Positions 1 to 9,500 of a stretch of DNA of 25,144 bases are shown in pieces; position 1 is the first letter of the stretch, and the number at the start of each line of letters is the position of its first letter. The translations under genes were made by a program, and so were the position numbers. Below the pieces are notes generated by a model. That model worked only from the letters and a program-made list of their open reading frames with translations. It made no database searches and had not been told where the DNA came from. Origin of the DNA: a virus. The stretch lies in IMG/VR virus record IMGVR_UViG_3300031379_000020. One strand, written 5' to 3'.

Positions 1-870
1 AGGTTAGCTAAGGAAAATGATACCACTAAAGAGACTGAGCTTGATAAAATTATGCAGCCGTTCATTGAGACATGGACATTAATGAGTGAAGCTACGCAGC
101 AGTCAACCAGGATCTCCAACATATCTAAATGGAGAACCGGTCATCCATTGAACCGGTCCATGGCCATGTTTACTTCAGGTGCTGGGCAGATTCACAGGGT
201 AGCTACTCAATCTCTTGATTTGACATATCGAGCAGCTAAGCAAGGTAATATGGCTGCCGCTGGGATACACTTTAAGAATTTCATGTTATCTCATGTGTTG
301 ATGGGGGTTATGTATAATCTGGCTGAAAATGGTTTAATGCTAGATCCGGAAGAGAAGGCCGGTAAGAATGAATTGGTATGGGCAGCTGCTCTTGGTAACA
401 CTCGCGGTTTAGCATATTTTGGTAGAGTGGCTGATGTAATAGGATCTATTGTTAGAAAGGAGCCTTGGGCCGACAAGCAAACTATGTCACCGATAGTTGG
501 GATGATAAAGAATATAGCTAATGAGTTAGTTAACGCATCCGCCTATCATAAAGAGGGCGATATTGATAAAAGAAATGATGAACTCGTGAAGCTTGGTAAG
601 CACGTGGGGCAGATATGTGGGGTCCAAGCTAAGCAGATATTTGATATCGTTGATGATATCAAAGCCATAGCAGCCGGAGAGACCGATAAGCCGGTACGTC
701 GGGGTATGGGTATATATGATCCGGATTATGATTCGGGGGTTGAAATACACGAAATGTTTGACGCTGACGCATGGGAAAAAGCCCGTCAGGATAAAGCTGC
801 CGTAGAAAAAGGTAAGAGGCAGGGTCTCACAGGCGGTCAGGTCAAAAAGTTTCGTCAGGAAAATAAGTAG
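1..870 (+). CDS. C-terminal part of a large virion-associated protein (possibly internal/ejected virion protein), 5'-truncated
   Basis: Frame is open from base 1 (RLAKENDTTK...) to TAG at 868-870. Helical amphipathic sequence with a charged tail, directly upstream of structural genes. Function inferred from context only. Confidence 0.5.
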   Translation, partial: RLAKENDTTKETELDKIMQPFIETWTLMSEATQQSTRISNISKWRTGHPLNRSMAMFTSGAGQIHRVATQSLDLTYRAAKQGNMAAAGIHFKNFMLSHVLMGVMYNLAENGLMLDPEEKAGKNELVWAAALGNTRGLAYFGRVADVIGSIVRKEPWADKQTMSPIVGMIKNIANELVNASAYHKEGDIDKRNDELVKLGKHVGQICGVQAKQIFDIVDDIKAIAAGETDKPVRRGMGIYDPDYDSGVEIHEMFDADAWEKARQDKAAVEKGKRQGLTGGQVKKFRQENK

Positions 871-906
871 AAATGTAGTATCTTTACACAATAAAATTAA
901 TTAATT

Positions 907-1647
907 ATGGCGAATTTCCAGATTTCAATAACAAATCCGACTACCGAGCAGGCTGATATTACAGATTCGAATGATGTAATGACTATCGTTGATCATTCAA
1001 ATTATGATGAAGGTTCTCCGGAAGCCGGTCACAGTCAGACGGATTTTGATGCATTCCGGAAAATGAGGATTACCCTCCCTACCGGTACTGTGTATTTATT
1101 TTCGTCAGAGTATCCTACTGATGGTGATGTTACTTTACCGGTCCCGAATGGATCTGTTTTGCCAATGTCAACCGCATATTCATATACCACTGGAGACGGC
1201 AGGTATATCATAGAATTATTTGCCCTTCCCACATGGGGCACAGGTTATTCATATCTGGTAGCTACTACTCCATATGTAGTTCATTTGGGAATAATATATA
1301 AATGTTTACAAAATTCTGCTTCAAATATCCCGGCATCTTCCCCAACCTATTGGGAAGTTGTAACCAGTATGGATGATTTACCGGCCAAGTATCAATTGAC
1401 AAAGAATGTAACCATTACCAGTGATATGGCTGAATTATGGGCCCGTCTGGAGTACATTGCGAATTGTGTGAACAATGATATTGGATGTGCATGGGAACAA
1501 TTGTTTAGAGATCCTTATTGGATCGATGCTGTAAGACTTTGCCAGGCTATGAATGCTATCCCGGTTCTTATGAATGTGGATGCCTGGGATGAGGTTAACG
1601 CCAATATCAATATGTCCAAGGAAATCGCCATAAAATATGGTTATTAG
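907..1647 (+). CDS. Virion structural protein with an internal CBM5/12-like (chitin-binding type 3-like) aromatic module
   Basis: 246-aa ORF with an AT-rich start (AATT-ATG). The segment at 1234-1362, WGTGYSY...YVVHLGIIYKCLQ...P...PTYWEVV, fits the W..Y..V.h.G..Y.C...P....W pattern. Confidence 0.55.
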   Translation: MANFQISITNPTTEQADITDSNDVMTIVDHSNYDEGSPEAGHSQTDFDAFRKMRITLPTGTVYLFSSEYPTDGDVTLPVPNGSVLPMSTAYSYTTGDGRYIIELFALPTWGTGYSYLVATTPYVVHLGIIYKCLQNSASNIPASSPTYWEVVTSMDDLPAKYQLTKNVTITSDMAELWARLEYIANCVNNDIGCAWEQLFRDPYWIDAVRLCQAMNAIPVLMNVDAWDEVNANINMSKEIAIKYGY

Positions 1648-1658
1648 AATTTAAAATT

Positions 1659-2177
1659 ATGGAGAAAAAAGTAATAGAAGGATTTGAGGACTATGAAGTT
1701 ATATCTGATGGGAGGGTATATAGTTTAAGAAGAAAACTATATTTGAAGCCGCTTATACACTATTTAGGTTATCATAGGGTAGTTTTACAGAAATATGGAA
1801 AACGACATCAGAAATATATTGCTAGATTAGTTGCTGCAGCTTTCATTCCTAACCCCGAAAATAAGCATGAAGTCAATCATAAGGACGGTAATAAAGCTAA
1901 TAATGATAAATCTAATTTGGAGTGGTCTACACGATCTGAAAATATATTACATGCATTTCGTATAGGATTAAAACACAAATCACCAAACGCCGGGATGAAA
2001 CCGGTATTAATTGATGTATACGATTACAAAACAGGCGAGTTTAAATCTTTTCATTCATCTATGACGGAGGCGGCTAGGATCTGTGGTGTTCATAGAGCGG
2101 CTATTCACCGTGTTTTAACTGGAGAATGTAATCACGCAAAAGGATTAACTTTTAAAAAAATAAAAACAAATGGCTAA
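1659..2177 (+). CDS. Free-standing HNH homing endonuclease (NUMOD4 - HNH - NUMOD1/IENR1 architecture)
   Basis: N-terminal IEGFEDYEVISDGRVYS (NUMOD4-like), core IARLVAAAFIPNPENKHEVNHKDGNKANNDKSNLEWSTRSEN (HNH_3-like), C-terminal FHSSMTEAARICGVHRAAIHRVLTG..NHAKGLTF (NUMOD1-like HTH). Confidence 0.92.
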   Translation: MEKKVIEGFEDYEVISDGRVYSLRRKLYLKPLIHYLGYHRVVLQKYGKRHQKYIARLVAAAFIPNPENKHEVNHKDGNKANNDKSNLEWSTRSENILHAFRIGLKHKSPNAGMKPVLIDVYDYKTGEFKSFHSSMTEAARICGVHRAAIHRVLTGECNHAKGLTFKKIKTNG

Positions 2178-2397
2178 TCAAACAGCAGAAGAACGATATG
2201 CTCGCGATGTTACCAAGCAGGCCAATCACGATACGTTCGGGATTCACCAGCAAGGATCTTTGAGCGGTAACTTAAGTTGGATGGAATTGTGGAACCGGAA
2301 GATGATTCTGGATATCCTGGCTAATGCCAATGTGGATGCTTGGTTCACAGCCGACGAAAAAGCCAGACTGGAAGGGAAGCTTATAATCAAATCATAA
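2170..2397 (+). CDS. Small hypothetical protein (75 aa)
   Basis: The ORF start overlaps the HNH stop, and its TAA overlaps the next ATG (TAATG at 2395-2399), indicating translational coupling. Confidence 0.65.
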   Translation: MANQTAEERYARDVTKQANHDTFGIHQQGSLSGNLSWMELWNRKMILDILANANVDAWFTADEKARLEGKLIIKS

Positions 2398-2852
2398 TGC
2401 CTGACATATATGGACCAGAACAACCATTTACTAAGGGGGACATTACTGAGAATATTGTCCCTCTTAATGATACTGGCGTTGTGGTCGATGATGCTGAAGA
2501 TGGCATAGTGCAAACAGAAATTGGAGCAGAGGGCGTTACAGAAGGGGAAGACGCTACTATTTCTACCATTATCGCTGGGGATAAGCCAATAGAAGCCTCA
2601 GGAGGGACGATCTCCAAAGGTGTGGGTGATACTCCAGTAGTAGAAGGATCTCCTGGGAGCGTTGCTAAGGCGGTTACTGACCAGGATATTTTGAATGAAG
2701 TTCAGGGAACTGTTGATACGAAAATTTCGGATGATGGGGTTACAGAAGACGAAGCCGGTATTACAGATCGTGATGTTGTAGAGGATTCAACTACCCAGGA
2801 AAAGGTCGGATCAATTAATACAGAGCTTGGCATGTTAAATTGCATAATATAG
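2397..2852 (+). CDS. Very acidic, low-complexity hypothetical protein (151 aa)
   Basis: Start placed at ATG 2397 (TAATG coupling) rather than 2340. Rich in D/E/G/T/V, with a repeated G.V.T.I..DGVTE.E motif. Confidence 0.65.
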   Translation: MPDIYGPEQPFTKGDITENIVPLNDTGVVVDDAEDGIVQTEIGAEGVTEGEDATISTIIAGDKPIEASGGTISKGVGDTPVVEGSPGSVAKAVTDQDILNEVQGTVDTKISDDGVTEDEAGITDRDVVEDSTTQEKVGSINTELGMLNCII

Positions 2853-2857
2853 AAATA

Positions 2858-4477
2858 ATGGCCAGAAAATGTGTACCAACTGATATATCAATAGCTAACG
2901 AACCTGATTGGGACGGTAGTATACGTGTTCAGGATAATCTTGATCCGAATACTATTATTATAGATGATATGGATCTAGGATGTGGGACTCCCAAGAAGCC
3001 TGGTACACCTACACCATCTCTCGAAGGATATTGGGATCGTGACGCCAATATAGGTACCTTATATCCAAAAGTTTTATCAGATAAAGTAATGGTAGGCAAG
3101 ACTGCCCAATCATATGATGAAGAGTTTGGGGTGCTTGGTAAGATTTATTCGACTGCTGGTTATATGATGGGTCCCGGGACTCAACTTATTTATGCATCTG
3201 ATAGCACTACCATGGGTATTTATGTGCAGGATCGCAATAGTGTATTTATACGACGCGGTCATTTACGGGGAGCTCAGGATAATGCTCCTATGATTAATAC
3301 TTTGGATGCCACTACTTCAGCAACTACTCCTGCATATACTTTCTATACGGACCAGAATACAGGAATGTATCGCCCAACTGCCAATACTTTAGGATTCACG
3401 GTTGATGGGAGTCCTGCACTTATACTTACATCCATTGGTTATTTAAATATTCCAACAGTTCCAGTTACTGCTGCAGATGAAACAGTACCAGTCTTGGCAC
3501 GAAATGCTTCCACAGGTCTTGTAGAGCAAAGGGTTTTGACAGAACTTCACACACATTCTAATAAAGCGGTGTTGGATCTTCTTACAGCTCCAGCGGGGTC
3601 ACTTTGGTATGATGGCGCCTTGGTATTTGATCCATCTCCATATTATACGTCTATAGAGGTAGATGCATTGGATGCTGCACTCCTGGCAAACATTGAGACT
3701 AGATCTCTTAATACACACAATCATAATTTAGCCGATCTTACTGAGCATAGTTATAATAGTTTGGTAGATCTTCCGGATCTTAGTGAGCTTCATAGCCATA
3801 GTAATAAATCTACGTTGGATCGTATTCCGGATTACACTACTGCTACGCAAGATGACGTAATGGTACGAGATGGGGGAGGTATTACTTGGCTTCCATTATC
3901 AGCTGTAACATCAGGGCATTGGTTACGAGATGTTGTTGGAGATCCATTTTTATATCCTGCCGTTACTGGGGATGATATAAAAATTGATGCTACAATATTT
4001 GTAGATACTATTGATGAATATATTACTGATAATGGAATATTATTAGGCCAGTGTGTAACAATAGATCAACTTAATTCTCAAGTAGGTATAAATGTACCAT
4101 CCCCCGCCTATGATTTGGATGTGGCTGGGGCCGGTAGATTCTCTGATGCGACTGCAGGCCAGTCTCGTATTGGCTACGGATTGATAGTTAATTATAATGG
4201 ATCTGATTTGGTAATAGCCGATTTTCTTGTTAAAGCTGCAACTTATAATGCAATTTCGGTTGATGCAAGTGAAAATTCTATGCTAATGATGAGTAACGCT
4301 TTAGGGAAAGTTGGATTTTTTGGAGAGACTCCTACCGTTCAATCTACTGGTTGGACTATTACTAATCATGTTTTGGATAAAGTTCTTGATGCTGACGTTA
4401 CTACGGTAGATGAGATATGTGATGTGCTGGGAGAGTTAATAACTGAATTGAAAACTAAAGGAATATTAGGAGGATAA
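2858..4477 (+). CDS. Virion fibre protein (tail or head fibre)
   Basis: Start placed at MARK (AATA-ATG 2858). Three HxH motifs, beta-rich fibre-like segments (PAYTFYTDQNTGMYRPTANTLGF; VGINVPSPAYDLDVAG), C-terminal GKVGFFGETP...LITELKTKGIL typical of phage fibre ends. Confidence 0.7.
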   Translation: MARKCVPTDISIANEPDWDGSIRVQDNLDPNTIIIDDMDLGCGTPKKPGTPTPSLEGYWDRDANIGTLYPKVLSDKVMVGKTAQSYDEEFGVLGKIYSTAGYMMGPGTQLIYASDSTTMGIYVQDRNSVFIRRGHLRGAQDNAPMINTLDATTSATTPAYTFYTDQNTGMYRPTANTLGFTVDGSPALILTSIGYLNIPTVPVTAADETVPVLARNASTGLVEQRVLTELHTHSNKAVLDLLTAPAGSLWYDGALVFDPSPYYTSIEVDALDAALLANIETRSLNTHNHNLADLTEHSYNSLVDLPDLSELHSHSNKSTLDRIPDYTTATQDDVMVRDGGGITWLPLSAVTSGHWLRDVVGDPFLYPAVTGDDIKIDATIFVDTIDEYITDNGILLGQCVTIDQLNSQVGINVPSPAYDLDVAGAGRFSDATAGQSRIGYGLIVNYNGSDLVIADFLVKAATYNAISVDASENSMLMMSNALGKVGFFGETPTVQSTGWTITNHVLDKVLDADVTTVDEICDVLGELITELKTKGILGG

Positions 4478-4480
4478 ATT

Positions 4481-4792
4481 ATGAGTTATACACCAACAAC
4501 AAATGAAGATATTATATTGAATATAAGCTCAAAGGAAATTGATCTATCAACTCTTATTCAAAGATATCAAAATTTAAAGGCTGAGTTACAGGAGTTGCCT
4601 TCACGAAAAGATATACCCGATGATGAAACTTTGGAAATTTATAATCAATGGGTTGATGGAGTAATTGAGAATACTAATAGTCGAATAGTTGATCTTTATA
4701 ATCGAATAAAACCAATCAAAGATGCAGGACTTTTACCATCAAAATATGATAGTAAATATGCTCAGTTGGAACAATATATAAATAAATTGTAA
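4481..4792 (+). CDS. Small helical protein, possible fibre assembly chaperone
   Basis: 103-aa coiled-coil-like ORF immediately after a fibre gene, coupled to the next gene by TAATG. Function from position only. Confidence 0.55.
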   Translation: MSYTPTTNEDIILNISSKEIDLSTLIQRYQNLKAELQELPSRKDIPDDETLEIYNQWVDGVIENTNSRIVDLYNRIKPIKDAGLLPSKYDSKYAQLEQYINKL

Positions 4793-6558
4793 TGGCATTT
4801 CGAGTCTGGAAAACAAAGAAACCTATATTATCGTTGTCTCTTGAGGCAGGGGGAAGTCTTGCTGCTGATACGACATATTATTTTACCGGATATTATACAA
4901 GAGCAGCCGTAACTCGAAGCGGTGGTGCTTTTGGTCCTATTGCAGATGAGGTAAATATTACTACAGATTCAACAAATAGGTCAATAAAGATTCATCATAA
5001 AATTATCGGAAGTTTTACCAGTGTTGAAAGTTATGATAGCGGAAATAAGATTAAGGTTATCTCAGCGGATCATTGCCTCTGGACTGATGATATTGATATA
5101 TCTGGCAGTACAAATTACAATGGTAGCTGGACAGTAGAGGAAGTTCTAGACTATGATAGTTTTGTTATCAATACTGCATTTATTGCTGATGACTCTGGTG
5201 ATTGGGAAACTACAGGCGGTAAACCAAGTTTAGGGTATACTAATGGTGGATTGATGATGACTATGGACACTGTACCGATAGTTTTTAGTACAAGCGGTCC
5301 AAAATGGAGTCATGGTGCTGGTTCATGGGGATATCAAACACAGGATTTTATAGTTACTACTCCATATACTCAACTTGGTTATAGGGAGATGATGTATTAT
5401 CATCCTCAAATTCTTGGAGAATATATTGATTCGATGGAAGGTATAGAAATAGGTCGTCTTTATATAGAATTCGATGATACGACTTATGATAAAACTGTTA
5501 GTGAGTTTGTTGACGACCTTAGGCTTACTGATTATTTTGAAGATTATTTTGAGTATGGTGCTGGTATATTTATCCTTAATGCGTATATAAGTTGGGATGA
5601 CGCAGTGACCATTCCGTTTCAAGGTTTAACCATAATTTATTATGGGGCACACTATGGTATTGGTGATTTAGCGGGATTGACTTATGAGCGTTGTCAAATA
5701 AGATGGGATCAGGTTTCTGCGACTTATAGTACAATAAGAGGCAACCTCACAGATTGTCATATCGTTACAGGTCTTAAATTAAACGAACTTAATAGTTTTT
5801 CCAAGTGTCTTTTAACAAGAGATGGTTCCTCTCTTTATTGGATGTTTAAAAGTTGGGAGGATACGGATGCACATCTTGGTGGATATACTATAACTTTTTA
5901 CCAAAGCGTAGTAGGGAATTGGGTTAAGAATGCTAATGTTGGTCGCATTAGTTTACAATTTCCTTGGAATTACGCAAATTTGAATGACCCTGAATTAGCA
6001 GAACTCCAGAATGTGTATATAGATGCAACTACTGGAAGATACGGTAATCTTTATTATGCTATTCATCCGAGTTATACTGACCCTGATGATGTAGTGGATT
6101 TTCTTAATTTAACTAGTCTTGATGAATATGTAACTCCATTTAGGTCTCCTGCATCTCTTATAGACAGGCCGCTTTTTAAATTCTGGTTTAGTTTTGATTT
6201 GAAGGTGGTTGATTCAGATGGTGCTGCAGTGGTTGGCGCTACTGTAAAAGTTACAGATACAGAGGATACGGAATATTCTGATACAACTGATGTTAATGGT
6301 AAAATATCTCTTTATGTGGTTGGATACAGAAATGAGCCTTTACCTGTGGGTCCCCCGGAAAGTGCTGCAAAAGGAACAACAGTTGATTTAAATCCGTTTG
6401 TATTAACTATTGAGAAATCAGATTTTGCGACATATACACAGGAAGATATTACAATAATGAATGCATATAATCAAACTATTGCTTTACAGGAATTAATACC
6501 GCCTTTGCCTGAAACAATAATTTATGGCGCGGAATTATATGGTACAACAATTTATTAA
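4792..6558 (+). CDS. Tail-associated structural protein with a small beta-barrel module and a C-terminal Ig/carboxypeptidase-regulatory-like domain
   Basis: 588 aa. Module KIKVISADH...IDISGSTNYNGSWTV (5047-5208). C-terminal FDLKVVDSDGAAVVGATVKVTD....TTDVNG is typical of CarboxypepD_reg-like beta sandwiches. Confidence 0.6.
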   Translation: MAFRVWKTKKPILSLSLEAGGSLAADTTYYFTGYYTRAAVTRSGGAFGPIADEVNITTDSTNRSIKIHHKIIGSFTSVESYDSGNKIKVISADHCLWTDDIDISGSTNYNGSWTVEEVLDYDSFVINTAFIADDSGDWETTGGKPSLGYTNGGLMMTMDTVPIVFSTSGPKWSHGAGSWGYQTQDFIVTTPYTQLGYREMMYYHPQILGEYIDSMEGIEIGRLYIEFDDTTYDKTVSEFVDDLRLTDYFEDYFEYGAGIFILNAYISWDDAVTIPFQGLTIIYYGAHYGIGDLAGLTYERCQIRWDQVSATYSTIRGNLTDCHIVTGLKLNELNSFSKCLLTRDGSSLYWMFKSWEDTDAHLGGYTITFYQSVVGNWVKNANVGRISLQFPWNYANLNDPELAELQNVYIDATTGRYGNLYYAIHPSYTDPDDVVDFLNLTSLDEYVTPFRSPASLIDRPLFKFWFSFDLKVVDSDGAAVVGATVKVTDTEDTEYSDTTDVNGKISLYVVGYRNEPLPVGPPESAAKGTTVDLNPFVLTIEKSDFATYTQEDITIMNAYNQTIALQELIPPLPETIIYGAELYGTTIY

Positions 6559-6567
6559 AATAAAATA

Positions 6568-9500
6568 ATGGCTAGATTTGGATCAATACCGACACAATTA
6601 GACATACCGGCAGGAAACTTCGTCAGAAGGAATGCTGGTGATACTGCTTTTGAAGCAGCTGGGGACGTTGTGATCGACGGAGACTTTTCATCACAAGGAA
6701 TATGCTTACGCGGGGCAACTCCAGGCGTCTACGCAATCATGACCGGCAGCTCAGCTGTGAATACAGTTGAGGGGACTCTAACCAATGATGCCACACATAT
6801 GCCCACTTCTGCTGCTGTTTATGCTGCTATTGGCGCTTTACCGACTTATTCATTTTCGAACGGGTTAACAGAAACTGCCGGCGCTGTTAAATTGGGAGGT
6901 ACATTAACTCAAGCTACTAATGTATATGGAGATCCTACCAACAAATTAACGCTAGGAAGTATTTGGACAGGAACTGATTCTGCTAAACTTGCTTTTCATT
7001 CAGATGCTTCTGTTGATTTAAAAGTTTACGCTAATGATAATTGGACCGGGGCGCAGACCCAAATATCAATAGGTAAAAATTCTATATTATTAAAAGCTTC
7101 CGATGCCAGTTCTGTTGATAAGTCTATAACAATAAGTGGGTCACTTATACAGATATTAGATGCTCAAGATACTAAAGGAATGCAGTATGCTGCTGATTAT
7201 TCGATTAATGGCGCAGCTATTGGTGCTAGATGGATACCAGATAAAGGGTATGTTGATGCTGCTGTAAGTAGTGTTTCGTATACATTTACTAATGGATTAG
7301 CTGAGTCTGCGGGTGTTGTTAAACTGGGCGGACCATTAACAGGAACAACTGATTTAACTAATGCTGTAGCAGGAACATATGCACTTAATATCGGAACGAG
7401 TTCTAATTATCTTGGAGCTGTTACTGTAAATGCAGAAGGAATAAGCTTAATAGGTAGAAACAATTCTAATATTTCATTTTATACAGGGACAGGATTAATA
7501 AATCTTCAGGGTGATACAGTTATTACTTCTACTAAAGTTATCGGAACTCAAACCAGTGTTGATAATACTTATAGTTTGGCTGCATATGATACTGATGGTA
7601 CTGCATATACTAATTTCATTACATTCACAGCCGGTACTACCCCAACAATGACTTTCCCTCAATCCGGTGGTGGAACAGATAATTATCTTAATGCGGATGG
7701 TGGGTGGTCAATTCCCCCAGGTACAGTTCCGACGGATAATATTCTTGACTGGGACGGAACAGCCTATGCTCCGTACTCTGCTCAGACTACAGGGGCTTTT
7801 GATTCAAGTGCAACCAATCCTATTAGTGCTGTTAATAGATTAAATTTTGACGGTGAATTCTATGCCTATAATATATATGCAGCGAATGCAACTGATCATG
7901 TAACAATTACATCTGGTGGACAAGTTCTTATTTACACAGGCGGTGCCGATCAGATGATATTCCAGCCTTATGTAAGTGATGGGGCGGGGGCCTATGGTTA
8001 TAGTTTTGATACTGAAAATACTCTTTCGACTGAAGGATCAAAAGTAGCAATATTTAAAAATAATAGTACGGAAGTATTTACCGTATATGGTGGCGGTCAA
8101 TTATTAATCAGTGAACGCGCTCTTACAGGATTGCCAGCGCCTGCTGCGACGCAGGGATTTATTTATATGGATTCCGCTGATGATAAGTTGTATTTTAAAA
8201 ATAGTGCAACAACATATGATCTTACAAGTTCTGTAGGATCTGCAACATTCATTGGAGATACCGATACTCCTGCGGACTGGACAGGCGGTGTGGGAGGATG
8301 GTTAGTAATGGTTAATTCAACTCCTGATGCAGTAGAATTTATTGATCCTTCTGGATATGCTATTAACAATTTTAGCGGTACACTTACCGGAAACTGGACT
8401 ATTACTGGTAATAACACTTATAGATGGAGGGTGGAATCGGTACATGCCGCTACAGGATCTGTTTATGCTGAAATTAGTGATAGCGGGAAATCATTTAATA
8501 CTGTTTCATGGTCTGGAGCTGATTATACTGGGGGATATGGATCATTATATGTTGATGATGCTTTGGTAAATTTAACATTAGATGATACTTCTAATCAGAA
8601 AGTTATAGCTATTACGGCATCTGCTATGACAATTACTGATGCTATTAGTTCAATAGGATTTCAGTATGCTGCTGATTATAAAACTGATGGAATGTCTCTT
8701 GGTGATCGTTGGATTCCAGATAAAGGGTATGTTGATGATTATTTTAATGGTCAGATAATTACTATTACTTCATTAGCTACAGATGATATAATGAAGTGGA
8801 GTGGATCTGCTTGGATAAATACTCCAATTCCTACAGGCGGAACTAACCATGCTTTACTAAGTGCGACACATACTGATACAGCAAATGTAGCCGTTACAAG
8901 AGGTGATATAATATACGGGGATAACTCTACACAATGGAATGTTTTAAATATATCTGCAACTGCTACTCATTTACTTAGAACAGATGGTACAGATTTATCT
9001 TGGGGAGTATTTAATTTTGGGAATCTTGGTACTACTCCTTCAGTTTTAGGGGGAAGAATATCAGATACTAAAACTAATTTTAATGCTGCTTGTAGTAATG
9101 GTACTTTTATGTATGTTGGGGATGCGCCTACTGCCCATTCACATGGAGGGATAAGTAATACAGGTCATATTGGAGCTGCAGCTAATCTTCCTCTTATTAC
9201 AGGCACCGCAGGATTAATAACTACCGGAACATTTGGAACAGCTGTTTATACATTTTGTGTGGGTAATGATGCGCGTTTATCTAATGCTAGAACTCCTACT
9301 GCTCATGCGATGGATTCAGCTACTTACCATACTAGTAGTGATACCACTACGCTGAATGCTACCATTGTTAAACATGGATTTCTAAAAAAACTTTCAAATA
9401 TAGCTACACAATATATGAATGGTGTAGGAAACTGGACAGTTCCTGCTGGTGGGGCAGCTAATCCTGCTGGATCGGATACTCATATTCAGTTTAATGATAG

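Noticed and set aside
879-886. Promoter-like TATCTTTA before ORF 907
   Set aside because: One mismatch to TAnnTTTG and no TTTG at the proper -33 spacing; too weak to call.
2104-2128. Self-targeting of the intact HNH gene by the TnpB guide
   Set aside because: Only 13/20 nt match, with mismatches at positions 1 and 6, and the site is preceded by TTCAC rather than TTAT, so cleavage is not expected.
2340-2396. Longer start for the acidic ORF given in the ORF track
   Set aside because: It overlaps the upstream gene by 58 nt; the TAATG-coupled ATG at 2397 is more plausible.
7183-8737. Diversity-generating retroelement TR/VR pair in the tail fibre repeats
   Set aside because: Mismatches are not confined to adenines of either copy, both copies are in frame within one gene, and no reverse transcriptase is present in the window.
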